A stretch of 25,688 bases of DNA from Macrostomum lignano. Taxonomy: Eukaryota. The stretch is from the NCBI GenBank assembly GCA_002269645.1, contig NIVC01005121.1, forward strand, positions 1 through 25,688, read 5' to 3'. A program made the translations under genes and the position numbers. Within the stretch, counting starts at the first letter, position 1; every line of letters starts with the position of its first letter. Below are positions 1-11,258 of the stretch, one piece after another. The notes under the pieces are model-generated. The model saw nothing but the letters and a program-made list of their open reading frames with translations, ran no database searches and was not told the origin of the DNA.

Positions 1-47
1 TAATGCTTAATTAGGCTCGCCTGGATCCGGGGGTGGATGTTCTTAGA

Positions 48-126
48 TTAACCCCTAGACTGCGCTGATGAGTTCATGCCATAGACACAGTTTGCGGCTT
101 GGCCTGCCCTGCAGTCTTGGGGTTAA
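48..126 (+). ncRNA. Degenerate type I hammerhead-ribozyme-like fold (probably an inactive relic)
   Basis: 48-64 (ttaacccctagactgcg) pairs with 110-126 (tgcagtcttggggttaa) over 17 positions, with one G-U and one mismatch. The helix closes exactly at CTGATGA (65-71). Stem II-like gttcat/atagac is at 72-86 and stem III-like cag/ctg at 88-90/104-106. The GAAA core is missing and the NUH site reads GCCC. Confidence 0.35.
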
Positions 127-1691
127 AGACCTGATCAATTTGTCGGCTCGAACTCAAGATTATGAAGCCAAATCTTCAACGATACAGTTTGGCAAATGCA
201 AGTTACATTTCTTGGACTTTTCCTATCTATAAATACACTAGAATTGGCAAAAAATCGCTTTGAATAGCTCCGAAACTAGTTCGATACAGTAGAGACATGG
301 TTCTCTCTATGACATCGACAATTAGCGCTCCATTGACTTTGTCGTAAAATTGTGATTGAATGCTAATGCAAATTAAGTAATTTTAATTCAGTTCACTTAA
401 TTGAAATAACTTGATTTCAACGTAAACGTTTTTCTTGTTTGTCTTGTATTTTGTGGCCGCTTTAGAGGCTTGTCATGGAGGATTCATCATTGGGCGGGGA
501 TGTGGTGGGGAACAGTGGAGGGGTATGGGGACAAAAAATTAATGAGCTATCTTAGATAGTGCTAGATTTTCCGCGGGTGATTTAATAGATTGCTTGCTTC
601 TTCCCGTGGCCCCAAACTGTACATGTACATTTAGAGCTCAGCATTAAATCAGCATACATGTAGTTCTCTGAAAACAAAGAATTATGGAGCGTATTTTTCT
701 ACCCTTGACGATCTTTACACATAGCTCCACAAGCTCAATAGAGTTCCTGTGCGAATGGCAATGACTTCAAATGCTAAATTTTTTTTGCTTGGGTGTGCGA
801 GACAATTCGTCTGATAAATTAGATGCGCACTCCAAAACAGGCAGAGCCATTTTTAGGATCAGTGTACCAGTGAAAGAATACATGTATCTCAATCCTAGTA
901 TTGAGTGTCAATGGTCGTATATGTGTAGCCATAAAGTATTGAACATTCCCGGACTTTCTGATCAAGCGCCTTTAATTTTATACAGAACGCGACACATGGT
1001 ATTAGTACAATTTTTTAGGGCGGGGTGGAATTTTATTTAGGCATATGAGGGCAATTAAATCCGTCTAGTCTATTTTTCTATTTCTGCTGAAAGAAGCACT
1101 AGCCTAGTCTCTCTCAGCCCACGAGAATAGAGCAGAAAATGAACATAACAGAACGGAACAGAACAGAACTCTTTTACGATAAAGAATAAACACCAACAGC
1201 GAAAAAAGTCAAGTTGAAAACTCACTGACAATAATTTATTGTTCGTATATAAACTTTTGCCATATAATACTGAATTAAACTTTTAGTTTTTGTTTCACTG
1301 TTAAAAAGCGCGCATTTACAATTTAAACGCGTGAAAGAATAGTTTTCGTGCAAACTACACTAATAGAATAGAATATAACTTACATGTCTGTATAATCTTT
1401 TGTAAGTAACTGTAATCATGATTAAATAGCTAGTCTTTAACTTTAGTGTCTTTCGATTCGAATGAATTAGTTTACAACCATATATTATATTGCTTTTCAA
1501 TATTGTCACATTTAGGTTTGCATTGGATTGGTGTGACTGTGATGTGATTTCATTTATAAAAATTTTCAAAACAACAGGCAACAGTTGGTTTCATTTTATG
1601 TCACAAACTGGGTGCTTTTCACTAGATTTATAGCCTAAAACTCTGGACCTGTATTTAAAAAATCTCTTAGTTCACTCTTGCAATTTGCTCG

Positions 1692-3825
1692 TACAGTTGC
1701 ATCTGCACCACTATCCTGATATAGGGCCTATTTAATTAATTGCTTTTGTTTTCAATGGACTAATTAATTTAAGTGCTTTTAATTACTTTGAATTGTCATC
1801 AATAAAAATGGTATGTTTTACTATTATCTAAATATACTATATATATAATGTATTCAGTGTAAGGATACTCTAGCCCAGGTCCTATTGGCAGTATTGCATA
1901 GACATTTTTATGCATCATCATGAAATTATTATTTTTGAAAGTATGGGCAATACCTAGCTGACCTAGCCAATATGACTAGTAGATAAAGTAGCCAATAGCC
2001 AATAGGTATATAACAAAACTGGTCAAAAAGGCATTTAAACTATTAAGGGACAAGTCAAAAACTTAAGTTTATAAGACAAAAAAATATAGAAATAAGAAAA
2101 CTTACCTAAGTGATTGAAAAACATAAATATAAAGATAAGATTAGCATTAAATAGCTTAAGCCAAAGAGGGAAAATATTCAAATTTTATGTAAAGCATAGC
2201 TATGTTCTAAAAAGGCTCTCTAGATACATGTATGACATTGTATTTTCATAGAAAACTACATCATACTAGTTAGGTAAAACTCAGGTTATAGTTACAGAAG
2301 CAAAAACTAAGAAATCTAAAAAATCCAAAACCCTTGTTAGGCCTATAAGGATTTTTTTGAAATTATCCTATGGTTATTAACAACTAGATAGTTGCCTTTG
2401 CATTTGGGTAAAATATTACTTTTGAAGTTCTGTTTGTTGTATATATATGCTAGCTTTAATTTTTTAATGTATTTATTGTTGCTATCTATAGTTCAAAGAT
2501 CATGTGGTATTTAGTTAGGCTCAAAATGCATATACACATGTCTTTAGGCCCTAGTCATTATTTTTTATACTAAGAAAAATACCAGAACTAGAAATTCTGT
2601 GTATACTTAATTTACATGGCTGAATATTACTGTTTATTGTATCGCTTTAATAAACCCTTAAAAAGGTTTTAGTCTAAGTGATAATTTATATCTAATCAAA
2701 ATTATGACTATTGACTTGACTTCACTGATAAAAACACAAAATTCATCAATAATATATATGGGCCCTGATGAAAAAAAACTTATTCAGTATTAATAAGACA
2801 AGATTTATTTTTATATAGTTTTAGATTTGGTTTTTTACTTATTTTGTTTTTTTAGTTATATTTGTAGTTTCTCTAGGCCCTTTGCATGGGAAATAAAAAT
2901 ATAAATCTTGACTTTATTTCTTATACGACCCTAATAACTTAATGTGCATAAGGAATAAAAATTCTATATTGCTTGAGTCCCTAGGTCTATTCTTAGGACT
3001 TATTAAGAGTTCCCCCTTTAAAAGCATTAAAACTAATATTCATTTTTTATTATTCTACACCTTTCTAACCATTAATCAAGGGTCTCCAATGATCTTTTAA
3101 ATCTTTTCAGGTCCTAAATAGCTAATATTACTAGATATTTTAGGAACTATATATGAGAAATATGTATTCCTATAACTATATATGTATATTTTATCTAAAA
3201 ACCCTTATGTCCATAAATTCCCATGACCATATTTGTAACTATGGTAGAACTCTATTTTATTTCTATTAAAATGCAATGCTTATATTTTCTTACCTTTAAG
3301 CCCTTGTAACTAAGACTTAAGATTTTACCATTTTGAAGATTTATAGGGCTATTCAATAGTATTTTGTTACTTTTTTTACTTTGGCAAATGAAGCTGATTA
3401 CTTTATAAAAAAACAATCAATAAGGAAAAAGTTGTTTAATTTCATGAAAATTTATATGTAAACTTTACATGTAACTGCTTGTTACTTACAGTAGAGTGTT
3501 AAGTATTTTCTGGATGACAATTCACTCTGTATATTGTTGACTTTTCCAGTTTTGGATAAAATTTAAGCGTGCATATAGCAAATGCTCAAATGAGATAGAG
3601 ATATGATTCTTTTTGTGCTAGACACTGACTAGCCAAATATAACTATTTGTTGAAAATCAAGTCTCAGTGTACTGATACAGCTTGGGAAATCTAGATTTTT
3701 TCCTGATTTCCTCTGTCCTACATGTACTCATATTTTTCTAGAATTCTTTCAGAACTTTAAGACATACTCATAAACCAGAAATTTGACAAAACAGGAAATT
3801 GTTTTAGCAATCTTCTTAATGTCAA
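1692..3825. other. AT-rich, CpG-depleted block with no ORF
   Basis: Only 3 CpG found by eye (2643, 2926, 3568) in about 2.1 kb, while the AT-rich flanks keep frequent CpG. No ORF of 60 aa or more lies inside it in the ORF track. Confidence 0.8.
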
Positions 3826-4050
3826 TCGCCTACTGTCAGTAGCATTTTTAGAAACATTATTGGTCGCGAATTTTTTTCGATAATATGTTTTTTTAGACAC
3901 AAAAGATGTTTGAGTCCTAAAAATTGTTCGGCAGATAAAAATTTAGACAAAAGAACAGGAAATTATTAATAATAGACACCTTAAATAATAAAAAAACGTG
4001 CTTTTAAACACAGTGTACTCCACTATCCGCCCTTTTGATAATAAGTAGTA

Positions 4051-4158
4051 CAGTAAAAATTCTGAAAAACTCGGCGTCGAGGTTCGATGTTCTGGCGCCC
4101 AGCGCCATATGTTGGACCGCGGGCGCCAGTGCTCCACTGGGATATTATGTAGATACTG
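4051..4158. mobile_element. Possible degenerate Tc1/pogo-type MITE with a central GC-rich hairpin
   Basis: TA|CAGTA...TACTG|TA ends and a near-central hairpin, ctggcgccc (4092-4100) / gggcgccag (4121-4129). TIR identity beyond 5 bp is poor. Confidence 0.25.
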
Positions 4159-5107
4159 TACCTGAACTGCCCCTGTTCTGCTCATATAAGTGCTTTAAGT
4201 GCTCATATACAATTTCCACCCCATTGCCACAGGTCCATATATTGTGCATTGGCTCTTGGACTTGAACTAGCTAGAGAACGCTTTTTGCCCTTTTCTAGTG
4301 GCTGGATTAACTGTTGACTTTTCTGCATCTTTCAATTTTTCGTCTTTCATCCTGACTCTTTGACTGATCGAATCATTCTGGCTTACATTTTGACGTCGTT
4401 TAGGATCACTTGGAGGAGGCTTTATTTAACCCGGAGCTGTAGCTAACTCAAATTTCATGCGAATTTACTCGCTCAGCTATATGCTACTCTGCAATTTCGC
4501 ATTGAGTTCGCTTTTGTTTGTTCTAGCCCTCATCGTATTTCCAGCTTGTAGTTTTTTATCTATTATCTCATTTAGATAGGTGGATTTTTGACTTGCTGAT
4601 GGCATTGGCATCTCACGTGACTATTGTTTCTCAGCCGCTTACTGCAGCCTATTATTGGCTTATAGTTACTTGTTATTACTTTCATTCAATAGCTTGATTT
4701 GTGAAACGTTCTGCTATAGTTTAGGCATGCAAATGTCTAAAAAAATGCTAGAACACGAATTTGCTCTTGATTTGTCATGCAAACGGTTATCGTTGACACT
4801 GTCGTCATTCTTTAGGCATTTGTCAATCTGCTTTATATTCTGCAGTCTGTAATTTGAATCAGGGCATTATACCACGTGAAAGTATTTGGATTTCTGGATA
4901 TAGTACAAAGCTGTTGCAACTTCCGAGATATTTTTACTTTATAATGCATATACAAAGTAGTAACATGCAAAGCAACGTTTTTAGTAAAGTTGTGACGAGA
5001 ATTGGTATTTACGCTTACGCTTAAAGCAACTCATCGTCAATTTAGTATTCATCAGCTGAGTATAAATGTATTAACGGTTATTCAAAAGTACGATCTATCG
5101 GCATAAC

Positions 5108-6475
5108 TTATTCCTTGTCCTCATTTTCATCATCAATAGACTCAGGAGCTGCTAACAGTTGATGCACGGGTGTTAGCTCAAAGCTCTGCGTGTTGCTACT
5201 TCCGTCTCTTTGCACTTGCAGATGCAGCTGTTGCTGCTGTCCCGTGTTTTTAGGATAACTGCAGCATCGGCTGTTGATGCGCTGAAACTCGTCCTCAGCC
5301 CCAGCATCCGAATCCGATTCAGAATTCGATGATGAACCATCGTTATAATCGTGATCTTCGGCGATCTGCTCCGCCTCTCGGGATCTGCAATTGTTGGCGC
5401 TTAGATCGTTGAAATCCTCTTCGCTGACTAGAGGAATGGCCATGGGATGATTGGCTTGTCGCAGTTCTGACGGCGGGTGCGAATGGTTGGCCTTGCTAGC
5501 ACGCCGGGCCAGTTTCTGATCGACGCTGCCAGCTGGTTGAGCTCCCCAAATCCGTCGCCAGTAGCACAGAACTAAACGGTATCCATCGGCAAAGTTTCTG
5601 TTTAGTATGCCGTAAATAATCCAGTTGTCACAGGCGCTTGATATGCTAAATATGCCAAGGTAGCGATGAATCTGAGGATTGTATTGAAAGCTTGGATCAA
5701 CGCCGAATAAAATCATTACCGGTAGCCAGTGAAGAAAGAATGACACTAGTGATATAAAGAGCGGCAGCGTTGCACGTCTTTCGCGGCTCAGTTTTCTGGC
5801 CAGAAAAGCGGCATTGGCGGCTCCCATGTGCTGTTGCAAGTTTCGTCTTGTGCGCCTGAGTACGGAAAAAATCAATGCGTAGCAGGCGATGCAGACTACC
5901 ACACAAGGCAAGAAGCACAGGACATTGATGTACACGGCAATTGCAATTGGGTGTTTAGTGTAGTTTAAGTGGCAGACGTCGATCACCTGATTGTAGTTGT
6001 ATTGGAATAGCTGAGTGCCTGATGGCAGTGCCACTTGTATCACACTATATGTCCACAGTCCGATGCACCAAAGTGCGCTTCGCTTGTGTCTGAACAGTTG
6101 CACGACCAGGTGAGACTTACAGATAACAATGTAGCGAGTGAGTGCTATCAAAGCGCTAAAGTTGACAGTAGCGGCGCAGCTAAAGAACAGTGCAATACTG
6201 AACAATTTGCACCAGGGGCTGTTTGGCATGCCGGGTTGGTGCCATAGCATTCGAATTGAACCCGGGGCGACTAAACCGGCCAAGAACAGGTCGGCTGCAG
6301 CGAGGTTCGCTACAAAGAGCGAAGTGACATTTTTCATCTTCTTGTGTACTATCACGCAGATTATGATGAGACTGTTGCCAAAAACGCCGATAACTGAGAG
6401 AGCTATTAGCAGGGCCATGTCTAATGCCATATCGCTTTTGCTGTAGTTTATCTTAGTTGTTTGGTTGTCTGGCAT
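5108..6475 (-). CDS. Class A (rhodopsin-like) GPCR, melatonin-receptor-like orphan, intronless, 455 aa
   Basis: Seven hydrophobic segments carry class A motifs: GN (TM1), NLAAADL (TM2), WCK...LTRY (TM3, DRY variant), W in TM4, FLP...CY (TM5), HWLP (TM6) and DNWIIYGILNRNF (TM7/H8, resembling NAIIYGLLNQNF of melatonin receptors). The N-terminus has sequons NQT and NYS, and the C-tail is long and Ser/acidic/Gln-rich. Confidence 0.95.
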   Translation of the reverse strand: MPDNQTTKINYSKSDMALDMALLIALSVIGVFGNSLIIICVIVHKKMKNVTSLFVANLAAADLFLAGLVAPGSIRMLWHQPGMPNSPWCKLFSIALFFSCAATVNFSALIALTRYIVICKSHLVVQLFRHKRSALWCIGLWTYSVIQVALPSGTQLFQYNYNQVIDVCHLNYTKHPIAIAVYINVLCFLPCVVVCIACYALIFSVLRRTRRNLQQHMGAANAAFLARKLSRERRATLPLFISLVSFFLHWLPVMILFGVDPSFQYNPQIHRYLGIFSISSACDNWIIYGILNRNFADGYRLVLCYWRRIWGAQPAGSVDQKLARRASKANHSHPPSELRQANHPMAIPLVSEEDFNDLSANNCRSREAEQIAEDHDYNDGSSSNSESDSDAGAEDEFQRINSRCCSYPKNTGQQQQLHLQVQRDGSSNTQSFELTPVHQLLAAPESIDDENEDKE

Positions 6476-9263
6476 TCTGTCGTTGAATGCGCTTCAAGCG
6501 TCGGTCGCTGTCGTATTAGTAATGTTTTCCTGGGCAAAGTGGAAACAATTGTAGGCTATTGTGTTAGGAAATTAGTTGGCAACAAAGCCTTTTGTTTGGT
6601 CATGGCCTTCAAACACTGTCTGATAGTCGCTGCCTTTGGAGCGTGCTTTTCTGGCTGGAATTTGGAGTTAGAGAGCAAGTGCCTCAGGCCAGGGATTTTG
6701 ATGTAGCCGAGCTTTTTCCCACTCTTCGTTTTTAACCTTATATTTCTGGCCTCTCGCCGTCTCCCGCTCGTGGTTAGGTCTGATTGGCTTTCGCCAGTTT
6801 TTCTATGCTTTTCCTATTCCCATCTTTTTGTTGTGCTCTCGTAAATGTCCTTTTGATTTTGTGGGTTTTCTGACGAGTAAATGGATAAGAAAGCCAGCTC
6901 CCGGGAGATTTCTTATGGTCTTCTACGAGCTATATTTCTAGCTGTCATCAGGAATTCTAAGCTAGATGCAATAAGTGTGTTGCATGTCAAAACCTCGGGT
7001 AATTTTTTTATTTTCCCACATTGGCGGCTGATAGCATGCAGAGCTTCGTGACAAAAATTCTTACTTCGCTTGCGTAAAGACAACTTTATGTGGCACACTA
7101 ACGAATCTAGCCAGTGTCCCTCGAAGTTCCCAGACCCAGTGTGGATATTCACAATATTTGATGATTTCTGACAGACTTGTCACTGTTACACTGTAATTCT
7201 GGCTCCTGCGCTATCAGCTCTGCTCCCTGCCTGTCTGTCTTTCATCGGGTCACGCAAGCCTTGCATTCGAGAAGTTAAGGCAGCGGCTTTAACAATAGCC
7301 CTCAGAGCATTCCAGCTTCCGGTCTGAGAGACTTCTTTTAGCTCGTATTATTAAATTTTCAGTGCCCATAGTTGCGTATTTATCATATAGAAATTTTCAT
7401 CAATATTTAGTTTTTGCACTTAGTATCTAAAAAATGGAATGAGTTCATAATAGTGTGGCCACGCATATATAGAGCCCAATATAACGGAGTTAGATCAACT
7501 AGCTTACTGTAAGTAAAAATATATTGTAGTCATGGAAATGTTACGAGCGTATCCTAGCTAATAGCACTGCTCAGCATTGGCTTAATTATTTCAAAAAGTC
7601 CTATCGTTTTTAACTTTTTTATGGCTTTGTCGATATCGAACGATAGAACGATATCGACTTTGTCGATGGGGTTTAATTATAATTTTATTTCTTTGTAAGT
7701 CTTCATGGCTGCATGTCATATAAGGCTGAGTTGCAAAAATATCTATGCGAAATCTCTGTCACTCAGAGGCTAGTATCCTTTCATGTCGCTTAAGAATGGT
7801 GACGGGTGTTAAAATCGATTTTTTTTATTTCACCGACCATATATTTTCGGCACCGGTGAGCAAGTAAGCTTTCTTTGACTGATAGATTGTGTAAAGATGC
7901 ATTAGATTCTGTCTTGGGAAATGACTGACTGAGCGTGCTTCGAGATATGTTAGCTCTTATTCCCCTTGCAATTCGAAGGCATTATAATTAATATGAGTCA
8001 AAGCGAATGAGTAGCAGATGTTAGTTTATTTTTTGTATAGGGATACGAAACAAAACACTCCAAATCATTTAAATGCCGGATGTTTTGTTAAACGAAACGC
8101 TTGACAAGTTTTTTCACTTGTCAGGATAGCGCTTGACTAATTGTCACTTGTAACTTGTAGATTTGTCACAACTTCTCATGGAACGCATTAGTTGGCGGAA
8201 TGTCACTTGTCACCTGTAATTTGTCTGGCAAGTGGCTTCATGAGATCCACCCCAGCTATATAGAAAATTTAATAAATTTTTAAATGCTATTGAAGAGTGT
8301 ACAAAATATGACTTTTTCTTCAAGGATAAAAATCCAGATATCTAGTATGTTTTCTACAATAGTTCAAATTAACTTTACATCCTTCTTTAACGAAGACAGT
8401 TGCTTTTTCTGTTATTTTTCCGGACCGACTAGTTGCGTGTCTTAACAATATTTTGATTCCTGCTTTGTAGAGCTGCGTTACAAAGTATTGATTTATGGTT
8501 TTATTTCCGTTTCCGTTTCGCCACATTTGATCTGCGACGATGTGAAAGTTTATCTACCTTTATTATGCGAATGTAGCTAGACGAATCTAATTAGTTTATT
8601 TATTTAGTTGCCTTTATCTTACGCTCCCATATCACTCAAAGACATGCGAAAGGTAATCTTGTAAATTCCCCCATATGCGTGTGTGTTTTGGGTAAAGCAA
8701 AGCTGTGTAGCCGAACTTCGGCCCCTTTGTATAGTCCGATGTCTGGGGTTTTGTGTAAACACTTGAGTCGCTGCAGGGACTATCGCTATGTTTTATGAAT
8801 ATTTTGCTGCAATACCGCACTGTATGCATTTTTTATCCACAGTAAATGTATCAGAGGATTTCGTATAGATATTAGCACAAATTAGCATTGGTTTTCCTGC
8901 GACTTGGAGCTTTAAGTTTTTAACGAAACGAGCGGGTATATTAATCAATCAGATTCGCCTCTAGTTCGCGTGCACTTGTGCAACTTATCTACAAACATTG
9001 GCTGAGTTTTTTATTTATGCTGGTGTCTGGCTTAGCTCTGTCTAAATTTAATTTAATGTGTGCTTCATCCCTTTTTTGGGTCGGCGCTCCTTTCTAACTA
9101 ATCTTTATGAAGGCCGCTGCTAGCTTACCATTCTAGTTTTTGGTAGACCACACATGACTTTGCTCGTATGTCTACCCGGAATTTACCAGTGTTTTTACTA
9201 GCCCTCTCTAGTCCAACCCTTGTGGTTTTTGGTATCTCGCTGCTACTCCCGGTCCTTCAGTAA

Positions 9264-9402
9264 AGGCGGGTTCACATTACCACAGTAAGCTCCACGGGTC
9301 TAAGATTTCTCAAATCAAATTTAACATGGGCGTGAACCAACTGTAAATTGATTCAATCAATCTTGGATCCACAGAGCTACGAGCGGTAATGTGAACGGAC
9401 CC
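9264..9402. mobile_element. 139-bp PIF/Harbinger-type (Tourist-like) MITE
   Basis: TAA on both sides (9261-9263, 9403-9405). Imperfect terminal inverted repeats run about 40 bp: aggcgggttcacattacc...aagatt versus the reverse complement gggtccgttcacattacc...aagatt, with a 12-bp perfect core gttcacattacc. No coding capacity. Confidence 0.65.
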
Positions 9403-9961
9403 TAAGGTTACTGCACCACCCTGGTAGTTCGGTAGGCTACTTCTACCACTAGTTCTTGGATCTTCGGGTAGGCAACTTTCCCTTTGCTTCTTCTGTAGTC
9501 TACAGTATCCCTCTCTTCAGTGATTCAATATATGGTTTGTAATTTGGTTGTGACGCTTGTGACGGAATGCATGTAGTGACAAGCAAAGGTTAATTTAATG
9601 GCAGACACCTATACTTTGCAGCACTGCAGTTAAAATGTCATCGTTGTTCTTTCTGTCTCCCAATTCTCTCTGGGTGTCACGTTTGAACGTTCCGTCGCTT
9701 TGTCTGAATTCCTGTCGTGTAAGTTCGTGGTACTGGATTGAATTTGCATCCGAAATCTCATTTTTTCATTTGGATAATGTTTCTTAGTTTTGCTTTATCA
9801 CGACATTCAGTCAGTCAGTCAGACGGTATTATAGCTTTGGTAGATAGCAGCAAATTGTTTTTTTGTTCCGACGCTATGAGAGGACGGATATACGGGGTCG
9901 AACGAATGAGGTAATAAATCTTTTTTGACGTAGATTCTGGAAACATTTATGTATTGTATTC

Positions 9962-9977
9962 GTGTGTGTGTGTGTGT
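9962..9977. repeat. (GT)8 microsatellite
   Basis: Read directly. Confidence 0.9.
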
Positions 9978-10580
9978 TTCCTGGCACTAACTTTCTTCTG
10001 TTTTGCTGATTCTGGCAAAGTGTCCCCGGCGTGGCCGCACGAATTGCTTTGCAAAGTATGTTTTTGTGCGTAGTTTAGTAGGTGTATTATGTGTGGGAAG
10101 CATCTGAATTACACAAAGCATTTCGATAGGAGTTAGGCTTGCGTTCGATCATCAAAAAAAGTTTTTCATGGTCCTCCCATCCGCAACCAAGCCTTTTACT
10201 TCCCTCTTGTGGGCCACTCCTAGATTGCACTTAAGGACTGGATCCCATTATTAAACATTCCTGGTGGTACAGTCGAATGGGCTTTCCATCTGTGTTGACT
10301 AACGACCGATTTCCATCTCGAGTCAGGCATTATTAATAATATAAAGTAAAGGCTTATAAAGTGCATATTTCTAAAATCTAAGGAATGGGATATTAAGATC
10401 AAATTTATAGCGAATGTTTTGCACTTTTAGACAGGACAGTTTTGTTTTATTTTCAAAGACTGAATCGATGTGGTTGTGTTTTAGCTGTTTTGCCTTAATG
10501 CCTTGTGATCGGATTGAGTCGAGACGGGCTAAAGCTTCCAGCGTGACGCTGACGCTGTAATCACAAAATAAATACAGTCT

Positions 10581-10855
10581 TGTGGCGGCCAGACTACGCG
10601 ACCGGCAGCACCAGTGCAGCCGCACTGGAAACCCCCCCCGCCTCTGTCTAGCTGAGGTGGGGTGGGTACGCGCCAAGCTAGCCGGCTCGCTAAGCCGGGG
10701 GGTTGGCGTAGCCAATCACGCCATGCCACCTTTTCGCACCTCCCTTGGCCCCTCAATCTGGCGTTGTTTGTAAATCTCATATAAATACACGCGCAAAGCA
10801 GCACAAACTCTTCGCTGCCATTCCATCTATTGAAACAAAAAGGCCTTCCGCCTCA
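10581..10855 (+). repeat. 5' LTR (275 bp)
   Basis: Starts TGTGGCGG and ends CCGCCTCA, a 7/8 terminal inverted repeat. Matches 12016-12292 except for three homopolymer lengths (C8/C10, G6/G7, C4/C3). Confidence 0.95.
10712..10787 (+). promoter_or_regulatory. Putative LTR Pol II promoter (CCAAT and TATA boxes; also present in the 3' LTR)
   Basis: CCAAT at 10712-10716 and TATAAATA at 10780-10787, with a GC-box-like CCCCGCC near 10636-10642. The order is typical of a U3 region; activity is inferred. Confidence 0.5.
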
Positions 10856-10856
10856 T

Positions 10857-10869
10857 TGGTGAGCCCGAC
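10857..10869 (+). promoter_or_regulatory. Primer-binding site, tRNA-Trp-like
   Basis: TGGTGAGCCCGAC matches 12/13 to TGGTGACCCCGAC, the complement of the common metazoan tRNA-Trp 3' end (recalled consensus). It is followed by a 7-bp hairpin, cccagcg/cgctggg (10871-10889). Confidence 0.7.
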
Positions 10870-10947
10870 ACCCAGCGCGGAACGCTGGGCCTACCTGGTC
10901 GGCCCTGTGCGGTCCTGGCAGCCAACCGCCTTGGCCGACTGCAACGG

Positions 10948-11049
10948 CAGCACCGCAGCACAGCAGCACCGCAGCACCGCAGCACCGCAGCACCGCAGCA
11001 CCGCAGCACAGCAGCACCGCAGCCCAGCAGCACCGCAGCCCAGCAGCAC
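10948..11049 (+). repeat. 8-bp minisatellite (CAGCACCG)~12.7 inside the LTR element
   Basis: 12 full units (cagcaccg, cagcacag, cagcccag) plus a partial unit, read directly. Confidence 0.95.
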
Positions 11050-11258
11050 GAATCGGCCCAGTCAGCCCGCCCCCCGGTAGCTCCTGGGGTCTCGCCTTTC
11101 GGCCCCCGCGTTGGACCAACCAGCGCCACACGCTGCAGCTACTTCTAGGTTAGCACCGCTGCTGCTAGCCTAACGTCCCCAGCCTCTGTGCAGGAGCATC
11201 GATCCGGCTCACGGCGGCAACTGACTGTCGATTGCCTCTGGTGTGGTACGGCCGCGCG

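Noticed and set aside
492-530. Five G-tracts that could form a G-quadruplex
   Set aside because: The motif is present, but there is no gene, repeat or other context giving it meaning, and such motifs are common.
7905-7990. Helentron/DINE-like end (gactgactgag... ttattccccttg...gaaggcattataa)
   Set aside because: The inverted repeat is too degenerate and no second end was found.
8320-8829. Two short minus-strand ORFs as a decayed transposase
   Set aside because: No catalytic or family motif could be recognised; a profile search would be needed.
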